Assembly: GCA_005881885.1 (NCBI GenBank)
Contig: VBDX01000134.1
Coordinates: forward strand, 4,534-68,533
Length of the DNA: 64,000 nucleotides
Source: Chloroflexota bacterium
Lineage (GTDB): Bacteria > Chloroflexota > Limnocylindria > P2-11E
Reading direction: 5' to 3'
The first letter of the stretch is position 1; the number at the start of each line of letters is the position of its first letter. This document shows, in pieces, positions 10,118 to 18,462 of this stretch. The notes beneath the pieces are model-generated. The model ran no database searches. It worked only from the letters and a program-made list of their open reading frames with translations, and was not told the origin of the DNA. Position numbers and translations under genes: made by a program.

Positions 10118-10965
10118 CGTCGACCGAGATCAGCTACGGCAAGGCGCGCGTCGTCTTCTATCGCCTCGCCGGACGTGAGGCTCCGCCACTTGCCGCGTCC
10201 GTCGACATCGACGTCTTCGGCGAGCGGTTCATCTCGGCGTACACCGAAGGCGATAACCGGGCCGTCGTCGCGACCGACACGATGAAGAACTTCGTATACG
10301 CGATGGCCGCCGAGTACGCCGGAAACACGCTCCTGGGACTCTGCGCGTTCGTCGGCCGCAGGTTTCTTGCGACCTACCCGGTGATGGAGGCGCTCCGTGT
10401 CTCTGCGCGCGAGGTGCCGCTCGACGCCGCTTCCGGTGAGCATGGGCCGAGCGAGGTCCTTTTCCGCTCGACGAGAGGCGACGGCGCGGTCGCGCGGGTC
10501 TCGCTCGACGTCGACGCCGGCGAGCCTCGGGTCACCGGCGCTCAGAGCGGCTGGGAAGGCATGGTCCTCGTGAAGACCACCGGGAGCTCGTTCGCCGCGT
10601 TCGCCCGTGACGATTACACGACCCTCCCCGAGCTCATCGATCGCCCGCTGACCATCCATCTCGACGCGTACTGGCGCTACGCGGATCTGCGCGACGGGAT
10701 CGCGGAGGGCGTCGGTTTTTTCGGACCGCGCGCGGTGCGCGACGAGATCGAGCGCACGTTCCACGAGTTCAACAGCCGGTCGATCCAGCATCTCGTGCAC
10801 GAGATGGGGACGCGCTTGCTCGCCGCGCATCCACAGCTCGCGGAAGCGGAGTTCGTCGCGGAGAACCACACGCCCGACCACGTGCGCGACGGCGCAGGCG
10901 GTGTGAAGGTGTTCGCCCAAGCGCGTGGCACGTTCGGGAAGATCGGCCTAGTCCTGCGGCGGTGA
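10114..10965 (+). CDS. pucL: urate oxidase
   Basis: YGK, VATDTMKN, KTTGSSF, DDYTTLPE, SIQH. Confidence 0.92.
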   Translation: MTSTEISYGKARVVFYRLAGREAPPLAASVDIDVFGERFISAYTEGDNRAVVATDTMKNFVYAMAAEYAGNTLLGLCAFVGRRFLATYPVMEALRVSAREVPLDAASGEHGPSEVLFRSTRGDGAVARVSLDVDAGEPRVTGAQSGWEGMVLVKTTGSSFAAFARDDYTTLPELIDRPLTIHLDAYWRYADLRDGIAEGVGFFGPRAVRDEIERTFHEFNSRSIQHLVHEMGTRLLAAHPQLAEAEFVAENHTPDHVRDGAGGVKVFAQARGTFGKIGLVLRR

Positions 10966-11012
10966 GGCGGAGGTCGGATTACGGGGTTTCATCTCAAGGG
11001 TAGACTCGGACG

Positions 11013-11747
11013 GTAGCCAAACGGAAAAAGCTCACTGGTCCTGCGCGCGTCCTGGTCATAACCGATCAACCGCTCGCGAACCTTATTGCCCTCACTCTCA
11101 ACCATGGGATTTACGTGACGCGCACGGTGGCAACGGCGGAGGCGGGGCTCAACGAGCTTCGTGAGTGGCGCCCGCACCTCCTCTTGGTGGACATCGACCA
11201 GGAACGCGCCGAATCGCTCGACTTCATCGGCCAGCGCATCGCGAATCGCCGGATCCCGACGATCGCGCTGACCATCCGAGGCGATCTCAAAACCAAGCTC
11301 GCCGCATTCGATCATGGCGCCGACGACATCGTCACGGTGCCCTTCGCTCCCGAGGAGCTGCTCGCGCGCGTGCTCGCTCTCACGCGGCGCACGTACGGAG
11401 ATGCGGTGCCGTTCGCACCGGCGATCAAGGTGGCGGGCCTCGAGATCGACCTCCTCGAGCAACGCGTCAAGGCGGGAGCCTCAGAGGTTCGGCTGACCTC
11501 ACTCGAGCTTTCGCTCTTGTATTTGCTTGCATCGAACCCCGGGCAGACCCTGGCTCGGGACGAGATTCTCGATGCGCTCTGGGGCGCCGACTACGTCGCC
11601 GAGAGCAACGTCGTGGATCGTCACATTCGCAATCTCCGCAAAAAGCTCAGGGAAAACGGGCGCCGGCCCCGCTTCATCGGTACGGTCCCCAGAAAGGGCT
11701 ACCGCTTCCTGGGACGAAGTGATCGTCTTCATGAGTCTGCTTCATGA
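11013..11747 (+). CDS. OmpR-family regulator with atypical receiver (proposed GTA start)
   Basis: wHTH (LTSLE, SNVVDRHIRNLRKKL, GYRF). Similarity to the next gene runs upstream of GTG 11115 (RVLVITDQPLANLIALTLNHG); in-frame TAG at 11001. Confidence 0.85.
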   Translation, partial: VAKRKKLTGPARVLVITDQPLANLIALTLNHGIYVTRTVATAEAGLNELREWRPHLLLVDIDQERAESLDFIGQRIANRRIPTIALTIRGDLKTKLAAFDHGADDIVTVPFAPEELLARVLALTRRTYGDAVPFAPAIKVAGLEIDLLEQRVKAGASEVRLTSLELSLLYLLASNPGQTLARDEILDALWGADYVAESNVVDRHIRNLRKKLRENGRRPRFIGTVPRKGYRFLGRSDRLHESAS

Positions 11748-11777
11748 CTCATCGCAATTGGCGCGTACACCTGATGC

Positions 11778-12533
11778 GTGCCGGCAGCCAAAAGGGAGCG
11801 CCAGGAGAGTGAAGGACGTTCGGGACCCCGGGTCCTGATCGTCATGAGCGAGTCCATCAGCAATCTCGTCGCGCTGACGCTTCAGCACGGGCGCTACGAG
11901 TCCAGGAGGACCATCGATGCGGATGAGTGCCGCCAGCTGATCCGCGAGTGGGAGCCGCAGCTCGCCTTTATCGACCTCGACATCTACCCAAATTTCATCG
12001 ACGTCTTCCACCGCGAACAGGCGGTGGTGCCGACGCCGATCCTCGCGTTCACGAGAAAGCGCGATACCGCCCTCAAGATGAGTGCGTTCGAGCGCGGGGT
12101 CGACGACATCATCGAGGTGCCTTTCACGCTCGATGAGATCGTCGCACGTCCGTACGCGCTCATGCGACGCGTCCACCGCATCGACGTCCCGCTCGTGCCC
12201 AAAATCAGGCTGGACGGGCTCGAGGTCGACCTCATCGAGCAGCGGGTCCGTGTCGGCGGTAGGGAACTTTCGCTGACACCGATCCAACAGACCCTGCTCT
12301 ACCTGCTCGCCGCAAACGCGGGAGAGGTGCTGAGCCGCGAGGAGCTCCTGACGAGCATCTGGGGCGGCGAGTTCGAGATCGAGAGCAACGTCGTCGACCG
12401 CCACATCCGCGAGCTGCGAGTGAAGCTCGGCGACGACTGGCGCACGCCGCAGTTCATCGAGACAATGGCCGGCAAGGGCTACCGGTTCAAGTCGCAGGCC
12501 GCGGCGGATCGCGGCGGCGAAGCCGCGAAGTGA
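11778..12533 (+). CDS. OmpR-family regulator with atypical receiver
   Basis: ESNVVDRHIRELRVKL, GKGYRF; paralog of the upstream gene. Confidence 0.9.
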   Translation: MPAAKRERQESEGRSGPRVLIVMSESISNLVALTLQHGRYESRRTIDADECRQLIREWEPQLAFIDLDIYPNFIDVFHREQAVVPTPILAFTRKRDTALKMSAFERGVDDIIEVPFTLDEIVARPYALMRRVHRIDVPLVPKIRLDGLEVDLIEQRVRVGGRELSLTPIQQTLLYLLAANAGEVLSREELLTSIWGGEFEIESNVVDRHIRELRVKLGDDWRTPQFIETMAGKGYRFKSQAAADRGGEAAK

Positions 12534-12672
12534 GGTTGCACCCCCGCTAAAGCGCGCTGCGCTGTATGACCACAGGAAATGACACATGTCGCGTAGGGTG
12601 ATAAATCTGCAAGACACCGCGGGGGCGGTGATCGGCGCGCATGCTTGAGAACGCGTTGGGGAGGCGAGGTAC

Positions 12673-13005
12673 CTGTCGACTCGAAGCATCGTCCATTGGG
12701 AATGCCAGTCGCCTGAGCACCGCGCTCTCCGGTCTCGCCACGGAAACGGCGGGCTCACGATCCACGACGGAGCGTGGGCGTACTGCGACGGGGCGGGCTC
12801 GGACGACGCGCACCGCTGGTCCGCGACCGGGGGCCTGCCGCTCGAATCGCTCGTGCGCTGGACGACGCCCAACGGCGCACCCGCGGACGTACACGCCGCA
12901 GCGCCCGTGAACGGCGACCGGCCGACGCCCCAATTCGCCGCCCGGCCGACGAACGGGACCACCGCGAGGACCACGAGGAAGACGACCGGAGTCCGCCGGA
13001 CCTAG
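12673..13005 (+). CDS. uncharacterised Cys/His small-domain protein, copy 1 (CTG start; not in ORF track)
   Basis: GGGGAGG RBS at 12658-12664, then CTG. Reads (M)STRSIVHWECQSPEH...WAYCDGAGSDDAHRWSATGG, matching ORFs 39837 and 52910. Confidence 0.75.
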   Translation: MSTRSIVHWECQSPEHRALRSRHGNGGLTIHDGAWAYCDGAGSDDAHRWSATGGLPLESLVRWTTPNGAPADVHAAAPVNGDRPTPQFAARPTNGTTARTTRKTTGVRRT

Positions 13006-13255
13006 CCAGTCAGGAGCGATCGAAGACTACCCGCATCCGCCACCCGGACGAGTTCGGCGATGCGTGGCTGCGCGGCATCGATCCACTGCCATCACCGCGG
13101 TTTTGGACGTGATGCCTGACGCGGCCTCTCGGGCGGAGCAGGCCGGGTCAGTATCTCGAGCGGATCGATCACGCTCACCGGGTTGCGCTGCGCCGTGCGA
13201 GGCGACCTCGCCGCCATATCCTCACCGGCACGCGCGACGACGGGGAGGTCGAGCG

Positions 13256-13540
13256 ATGTCCGACATGAGCCGCAACGAATATCTTCGCGGAGCGATGGCC
13301 GCCGGGGCGGCGTCCTTCGCGGAGTCCTTGACCGGCGAACGAGCCTCAGTGGACGGATCCGCTACTGCGCAGGCGCTCGACCACGTGCAGCGGCTGGTCG
13401 ACGCCGCGAGCGACCGCCTGACCGGCGCGCTCGCCGATGCCGGTCAGATCGAGAGCGAGGTGGTCACCGCGCTGCACACGATCCGCGCCCGCGCGCTCGC
13501 GGTCGCCGCGCAGGTGGACGCGGCGCTGCCACTCGGCTAA
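13256..13540 (+). CDS. hypothetical helical protein
   Basis: GGGGAGG RBS at 13241, ATG 13256, Ala-rich 94 aa. Confidence 0.65.
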   Translation: MSDMSRNEYLRGAMAAGAASFAESLTGERASVDGSATAQALDHVQRLVDAASDRLTGALADAGQIESEVVTALHTIRARALAVAAQVDAALPLG

Positions 13541-13544
13541 GGCC

Positions 13545-14810
13545 TCACTCCGGGGTGCGCGGAAGTGCGGTCCCGATGACCTCGCGGATCGATCCGAGGG
13601 CGTGCTCGCGCACGTAGGCCGCGAGCCCCTCGATCACCCGTAGGGGCGCCAGCGGATCGGCGAACGTCGCGGTCCCGACCTGCACCGACGACGCGCCGGC
13701 CATCAGGAACTCGAGCGCATCCTGCGCGCTCGTCACGCCCCCCGCGCCTATGACCGGGATCGAAACGGCCTGCGCGACCTGATAGGTGATGTGGACGGCG
13801 ATCGGGCGGATCGCCGGCCCCGAAAGGCCACCGCTCCCAGTGCCGAGCATCGGGCGCCGACGCTCGGTGTCGATGCGCATCCCGAGCACGGTGTTGATCG
13901 CGGTGAGCCCGTCGGCGCCCGCTTCCTCGCAGGCGCGCGCGACGGCGACCACGTCGGGCGCGTTCGGGGTGAGCTTTACGATCACCGGGAGGTCCGTTTC
14001 GGCTTTCACCGCTCGCGTCACGTCGGCAGCCAGGTCCGGGTCGCAACCGAAGAGCATTCCGCCCCTCACGTTCGGGCACGACACGTTGAGCTCGTACGCG
14101 ACGACACCGGGCGTCCCCGTCATCTCGTGCACCACGTACACGTAGTCCTCGACGCTGTATCCGGCGACGTTCACGATCACCGGAACGCCGAGCTCGGCCC
14201 ACGCTCGGCCGTACCGGCGCGCGACCTCGACCGCGCCGGGGTTCTCCAGGCCGATCGAGTTGAGGATGCCCGACGGCGTCTCCGCGATGCGGTACTGCGG
14301 ATTGCCCGGTCGCGGGTTCGGGGTCGTTCCCTTGTTCACGATCGCGCCGAGCCTCGAGACGTCGATGAGCTCGGCGTATTCCACGCCCTGGCCAAACGTG
14401 CCCGATGCCGTCATGACCGGATTCTTCAGGCGCAGACCGCGCGCCGCCTCGACCGAGAGATCGACGCCGCTCTCGGGATAGCGCACACGCTTCGCAGCGC
14501 GGGGGTCTTCCTCGCTCGGCCCCTCGTGGGATCGCGATGTTCCGCGCGCCAGGGGCCGCTCGCTCGGAAGACCCCCACGCTGCTCCTCGGTTGCCAGGGC
14601 ATCGCGGAGTCTCGTTCCGAGTTCGCTCGGCGCGCGGTCCTCCTCCGGTTCCCCCGTCGCCGCTTCGAGCAGGCTCGCGTCGTCGAGTTCCGCGAGCTCC
14701 GCCGCATCCTCCTCGGACTCGCCGTCAGCTGCATCGTCCAGTGACTCCTCTATGGATTTGCTGACGTCGATGGAGCGCTCGACTTTCTTTCGGAAACGGC
14801 GCCAGGGCAT
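13545..14810 (-). CDS. pyrD: dihydroorotate dehydrogenase class 1B catalytic subunit with acidic N-terminal extension
   Basis: LKNPVMTASGTFG, NSIGLENPG, ELNVSCPN, VKLTPN, GGLSGPAI. Confidence 0.95.
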   Translation of the reverse strand: MPWRRFRKKVERSIDVSKSIEESLDDAADGESEEDAAELAELDDASLLEAATGEPEEDRAPSELGTRLRDALATEEQRGGLPSERPLARGTSRSHEGPSEEDPRAAKRVRYPESGVDLSVEAARGLRLKNPVMTASGTFGQGVEYAELIDVSRLGAIVNKGTTPNPRPGNPQYRIAETPSGILNSIGLENPGAVEVARRYGRAWAELGVPVIVNVAGYSVEDYVYVVHEMTGTPGVVAYELNVSCPNVRGGMLFGCDPDLAADVTRAVKAETDLPVIVKLTPNAPDVVAVARACEEAGADGLTAINTVLGMRIDTERRRPMLGTGSGGLSGPAIRPIAVHITYQVAQAVSIPVIGAGGVTSAQDALEFLMAGASSVQVGTATFADPLAPLRVIEGLAAYVREHALGSIREVIGTALPRTPE

Positions 14811-15652
14811 CAGGCGAGGATCCCCACCGTCGCGGGCTCACCCTGCTCGAAGGCGATGTCGCCGAGCGCGAAGACCGGGCCCTCGCGGCAAACGCGCGCG
14901 TTCCCCTGCGCGGTCACGACGACGCACGCGCGGCACACGCCCATCGCGCATCCCATGTGCTGCTCGACCGCGATCTGCGCGTCGAGGAGCGGACGCCGCC
15001 CCGGATACGCCGACGACGCGCGGTCCGCCTCGTCCCGCAGGCGCCCGAGCGCGGCGAGCATCGGCCACGGACCGCACGCGCACAGCTGATCGGCCCACTC
15101 GAGCAGCGGGCCGATCGCGTCGGTGACCCGTCCGGTGATCCCGAACGATCCGTCCTCCGTGGTGGTGACGTACTCGACGGTCGCTGGAAGCAGGTCGCTC
15201 GGCCAGAGGTGCGCGACGGATCGGCCGCCCATGAGCAGCGTGGCGTTTCGTCGGGCCGATTCTTGCTCGGCCAGCACGCGCATCGGCGCGATCCCGGTGC
15301 CGCCGGCGACGAGCAGGAGGTTCCGCGTCGAGCGGTGCACGACGAACGCAGACCCGAGCGGACCGAGCAAATCCAGCGCGTCGCCCTCGCGTCGCGCGGC
15401 GATCCATTCCCCGCCCGGGCCGAGCGGCTTCACGAGGAGCTCGATCTCGCCCGCCCTGCGGTCGATGCGGTTGAACGAATAGGGGCGGCGGAGGAGCGGC
15501 TCGAACGAAAGACCGGGCCGCACGTGGACGAACTGCCCCGCGCGGGCCTGCGCGGCGATCTCCGGGGCGGCGATCCGGAGCACCGTCCCGAGCTGACCGA
15601 TCTCGGTCGATGCGACGACGCGGCCTTCCTCGAGCAGCACTCCGGAAGACAA
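14810..15652 (-). CDS. pyrK: dihydroorotate dehydrogenase electron transfer subunit
   Basis: LRRPYS, AGGTGIAP, ACGP, MGCAMGVCRAC...VCREGPVF. Confidence 0.93.
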   Translation of the reverse strand: MSSGVLLEEGRVVASTEIGQLGTVLRIAAPEIAAQARAGQFVHVRPGLSFEPLLRRPYSFNRIDRRAGEIELLVKPLGPGGEWIAARREGDALDLLGPLGSAFVVHRSTRNLLLVAGGTGIAPMRVLAEQESARRNATLLMGGRSVAHLWPSDLLPATVEYVTTTEDGSFGITGRVTDAIGPLLEWADQLCACGPWPMLAALGRLRDEADRASSAYPGRRPLLDAQIAVEQHMGCAMGVCRACVVVTAQGNARVCREGPVFALGDIAFEQGEPATVGILA

Positions 15653-15660
15653 GTCTCGCA

Positions 15661-15696
15661 GACAACGAAAGAGGGAGGCGCGGCGCGCCTCCCTCT
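15661..15696 (-). terminator. intrinsic terminator downstream of hcp
   Basis: 12-bp inverted repeat AGAGGGAGGCGC/GCGCCTCCCTCT (15670-15696) followed on the minus strand by TTCGTTGTC. Confidence 0.7.
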
Positions 15697-15718
15697 CGAA
15701 CGCGCGTGATCGCTCGGG

Positions 15719-16264
15719 CTAGGTGAGCCGATTCTCAGCGAAGTCGAAGTTGAACGAGATCCACTCCCCGTTTGCGCCCAGCACCGAGTACTCGACCTCC
15801 CGGGCGCGTAGGCCGGAACCCGCCATCGCGACCTCATCACCGCCCGATCCGGTGGTCGCCTGAATGACGCCAGCGATCGCGCCGGGAACGCCCCCTCCGA
15901 GGTGCGGCTGGGGGCCCGTCGACTGGGCTCGCGTCGACGGACTGAACGAAGAGATGAGAATGTCCGTGAACTTGTACTTGAGGAAGTCGACCTGGTCCTT
16001 GCCCGCCTTGCGCAAGGTGAGCACGGCCTCCTTGAGGTGCGCGCCTGTCGCGAGGTACTTGAACAGGAGCGGCGAGGACTTGTCGATCTTGACCACGAAG
16101 CTGAAATCCTGCGCCGAGACCTTTCCCGTCCCTCCGCCGCCGCCGAACGCGCCGGGCTGGGTGGCGCCCCAGCTGAACGAGAGCACTTCGATCTCGTCCT
16201 TGTGCTTGGAGTCGAGGCTCTCGCCCTTGATGCCTTCGATCTTGAGAAATGAGTCGTATGCCAT
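15719..16264 (-). CDS. hcp: Hcp1-family type VI secretion tube-like protein (orphan)
   Basis: FLKIEGIKGESLDSKHKDEIEVLSFSWG, KIDKSSPLL, LTLRKAG, DILISS. Confidence 0.88.
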   Translation of the reverse strand: MAYDSFLKIEGIKGESLDSKHKDEIEVLSFSWGATQPGAFGGGGGTGKVSAQDFSFVVKIDKSSPLLFKYLATGAHLKEAVLTLRKAGKDQVDFLKYKFTDILISSFSPSTRAQSTGPQPHLGGGVPGAIAGVIQATTGSGGDEVAMAGSGLRAREVEYSVLGANGEWISFNFDFAENRLT

Positions 16265-16271
16265 CCCTTAA

Positions 16272-16793
16272 TTAATCCTCCGTGAACAGCGTCAGTGCGA
16301 ACTTCGCCGTGCCGTTTCCACCGAAGCCGTAGATATCCTGCTGGGCCGTGTAGCTGCCTCGTGCGCCGGTGTACTTCCCGGTGCCGCCCACGATCGCGTA
16401 GGTCCGCTCCGCTCCGACGCCAGAGCCAATGCCGACGATCGAGCCGGCGACGAGGTTGAGCGTGTGGACCTCGACCGTATTGCCGTGCCCCGCGAGCGTG
16501 AAGACCGCCGACGAGAAGTCGCCGACCTTGTCGCCCTCGAGTCCGTTTAGCAGATCGCCGTAGACCGCGTAGCGGTCGCCGGCCTGTGGGAGCTCGCCGA
16601 ACTTGAGGTCCGCCGAGTGCGCGTACCAGCCGCGCCCGTAGAGCTCGGTCGTGCGCGGGGTCGCACGCGTGGATACGCCCACCGCGGGACGCGAGTCCGT
16701 ACGGCCAGCGAAGATCGCGAAGCCGGCGGCGATGCCGGCGAGACCGCGCGTGATGACGCTGCGTCTGGGCAAGTGAGGAACGCCGTCTCTCAT
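16272..16793 (-). CDS. putative Tat-exported allene-oxide-cyclase/dirigent-like beta-barrel protein
   Basis: GGAGG RBS; PRRSVITRGLAGIAAGFAIFAG twin-arginine-like leader; AIVGGTGKYTGARG motif. Confidence 0.65.
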   Translation of the reverse strand: MRDGVPHLPRRSVITRGLAGIAAGFAIFAGRTDSRPAVGVSTRATPRTTELYGRGWYAHSADLKFGELPQAGDRYAVYGDLLNGLEGDKVGDFSSAVFTLAGHGNTVEVHTLNLVAGSIVGIGSGVGAERTYAIVGGTGKYTGARGSYTAQQDIYGFGGNGTAKFALTLFTED

Positions 16794-16869
16794 GCCTCCC
16801 TCCCTTCGGGCAGGCGAGTGTGCGGTCAGGCCAACCGCCAGCGCAACGGCCAGCGGTCGCAACATGCGA

Positions 16870-18372
16870 TCAGGAGGGCTGCACTCCATCGGCGAGCGTG
16901 AGTAGTCCAAGTTCGAACATGCGTCGCGCGACGGGCAGACCGGCCTGGACGAAGCGTTCGGTGTCGTCGCCTGCCGCACCCTCCGCGAGCGCTGCATCGA
17001 CGAGCGCCAGACGGAGCGGACGCCTTCCGTCAAGCTTCGACAAGAGAAGGACCGCGCGCGGCTCGATGCCGGCCCGGAAGGGAAGGCCGTCGTCCAAGGT
17101 CACCGCCATCTCGTGCACGCGAGGCCGGGCGGCCTCGAATCGGACCTGCTGCTCGAGCCTCATGGACGCCGCGGGAACGAGGATCGCCTCGAGCAGTCCG
17201 GCTTCCCCGATCCGGGCGAGGAAATCGTGCGCGGCGAACATGCGCTGAACGTGGTCGCTCGCGGGCCTCACGCCGCCCGGTGGCAGAACCTCGATCCGGA
17301 ACCAGTTCGGCCCCGCCGCTCGGCGGCGAAGCACGACCGAGCCGTAGGCTATCCCTCGGATACCGAGCTTGCCGTAATAGCTCATCCAGCCGTCGATCAG
17401 TTCCGCATATCGAATCGGGTCGCCGGCTTCGGTCTGATTCCAGCCCGCGGCCGTCTCGAGCGGCTCGTCGGTGCGGTAGTGAAGTAGCCAGGCGTCGCAG
17501 CCGCTCCCTTCGACCCATCGGCGCACCCGGGCCGCGGGGTCTCCGTCAGGATCCGCGATCCAGCTGATCGCCACGGTCGCGAATCCGCCCTCTTCGAGGT
17601 GGGCTGGGATCGAGCGGACGACCTGTTCGGACACGCTGTCGCCTGGGAGTCCGCTGTCGCGGTAGATGTACTCGGTCGCGGGCGAGATCACGTAGGGCGG
17701 ATTGCACACGATCACGTCGAACCGCTCGTCCCGAACCGGGTCGAACCAGCTCCCGAGACGCAGCTCCAGATTCCGAACGCCGTTCAGCTGTGCATTGAAT
17801 GCGGCGAAGCGCAGAGCCCGGGGACTGATGTCTGTCCCCAGGACGCGGTCGGCATGGGGTGCCGCGACCAGCGCGACGACGCCGCAGCCGGTGCCGAGAT
17901 CGAGGAGGCTCCGAGCGTCGGGCCGCACCGTCAGATACGCAAGCGTCACGGAGGGGCGGTGCACACCGGGAACGTGGTCGGGCGGCGCCTTCTCACCCGC
18001 GCGGAGACGGACGTCCGACGTGATGAGCAGCTCATCGTGCGGCACGATCCGCACAGACGGACGCACCACGCCACCGTCGGCGCTCGCGATCCCAAGCCGA
18101 GTCAGGTCCGTCACACCCAGCGGCGCGATCGCCGTCGCAACGTCGTCCTCGGGAACGTCGAGGTTCAGCACGAAGAGACGGATCAGCGCTGCCAAGCCAC
18201 CCCGGCCCTCGAGGCGACGAAGCTGCACCGGAATATCCCAGGAGCGTGAGAGAACCTCGCTGTGAGCGCCGAGGGCCTCACCGATGCGTTCGGCCTTGAA
18301 GCCCGCCTCATCAAGCATCTCGCGGAAGCGGAGCATGAGTTCGGGCTGATCCAGGGCGAGAGGCCCTTCCAC
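16870..18372 (-). CDS. class I SAM-dependent N-methyltransferase (NPPY type) with C-terminal wHTH/PqqD-like domain
   Basis: LDLGTGCG, FDVIVCNPPY, C-terminal LLSKLDGRRPL...ELGLL. GTG 18372 lies 7 nt after TACCAT; ATG 18417 is an alternative start. Confidence 0.85.
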   Translation of the reverse strand: MEGPLALDQPELMLRFREMLDEAGFKAERIGEALGAHSEVLSRSWDIPVQLRRLEGRGGLAALIRLFVLNLDVPEDDVATAIAPLGVTDLTRLGIASADGGVVRPSVRIVPHDELLITSDVRLRAGEKAPPDHVPGVHRPSVTLAYLTVRPDARSLLDLGTGCGVVALVAAPHADRVLGTDISPRALRFAAFNAQLNGVRNLELRLGSWFDPVRDERFDVIVCNPPYVISPATEYIYRDSGLPGDSVSEQVVRSIPAHLEEGGFATVAISWIADPDGDPAARVRRWVEGSGCDAWLLHYRTDEPLETAAGWNQTEAGDPIRYAELIDGWMSYYGKLGIRGIAYGSVVLRRRAAGPNWFRIEVLPPGGVRPASDHVQRMFAAHDFLARIGEAGLLEAILVPAASMRLEQQVRFEAARPRVHEMAVTLDDGLPFRAGIEPRAVLLLSKLDGRRPLRLALVDAALAEGAAGDDTERFVQAGLPVARRMFELGLLTLADGVQPS

Positions 18373-18462
18373 CGCGCCGATGGTAGAGAAAGAGGTGGGG
18401 CGCCTTCGCTGCCCCATCTCTTGTTGCAGGCAAGTTCATCTCGAAGAGCGGAAGCGGCGATG

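Noticed and set aside
12583-12594. 12-mer ACACATGTCGCG also at 36071; weak Crp-like site
   Set aside because: Only two instances and a poor fit to TGTGA-N6-TCACA; chance cannot be excluded.
13011-13112. Short protein-like frame KTTRIRHPDEFGDAWLRGIDPLPSPRFWT after CAGGAG
   Set aside because: No convincing start codon and no supporting homology.
13256-13320. SRNEYLRG as a Tat signal
   Set aside because: Lacks the second Arg and a proper hydrophobic region.
15719-16264. Calling a type VI secretion system locus
   Set aside because: Only hcp is present; no other T6SS components are in the window.
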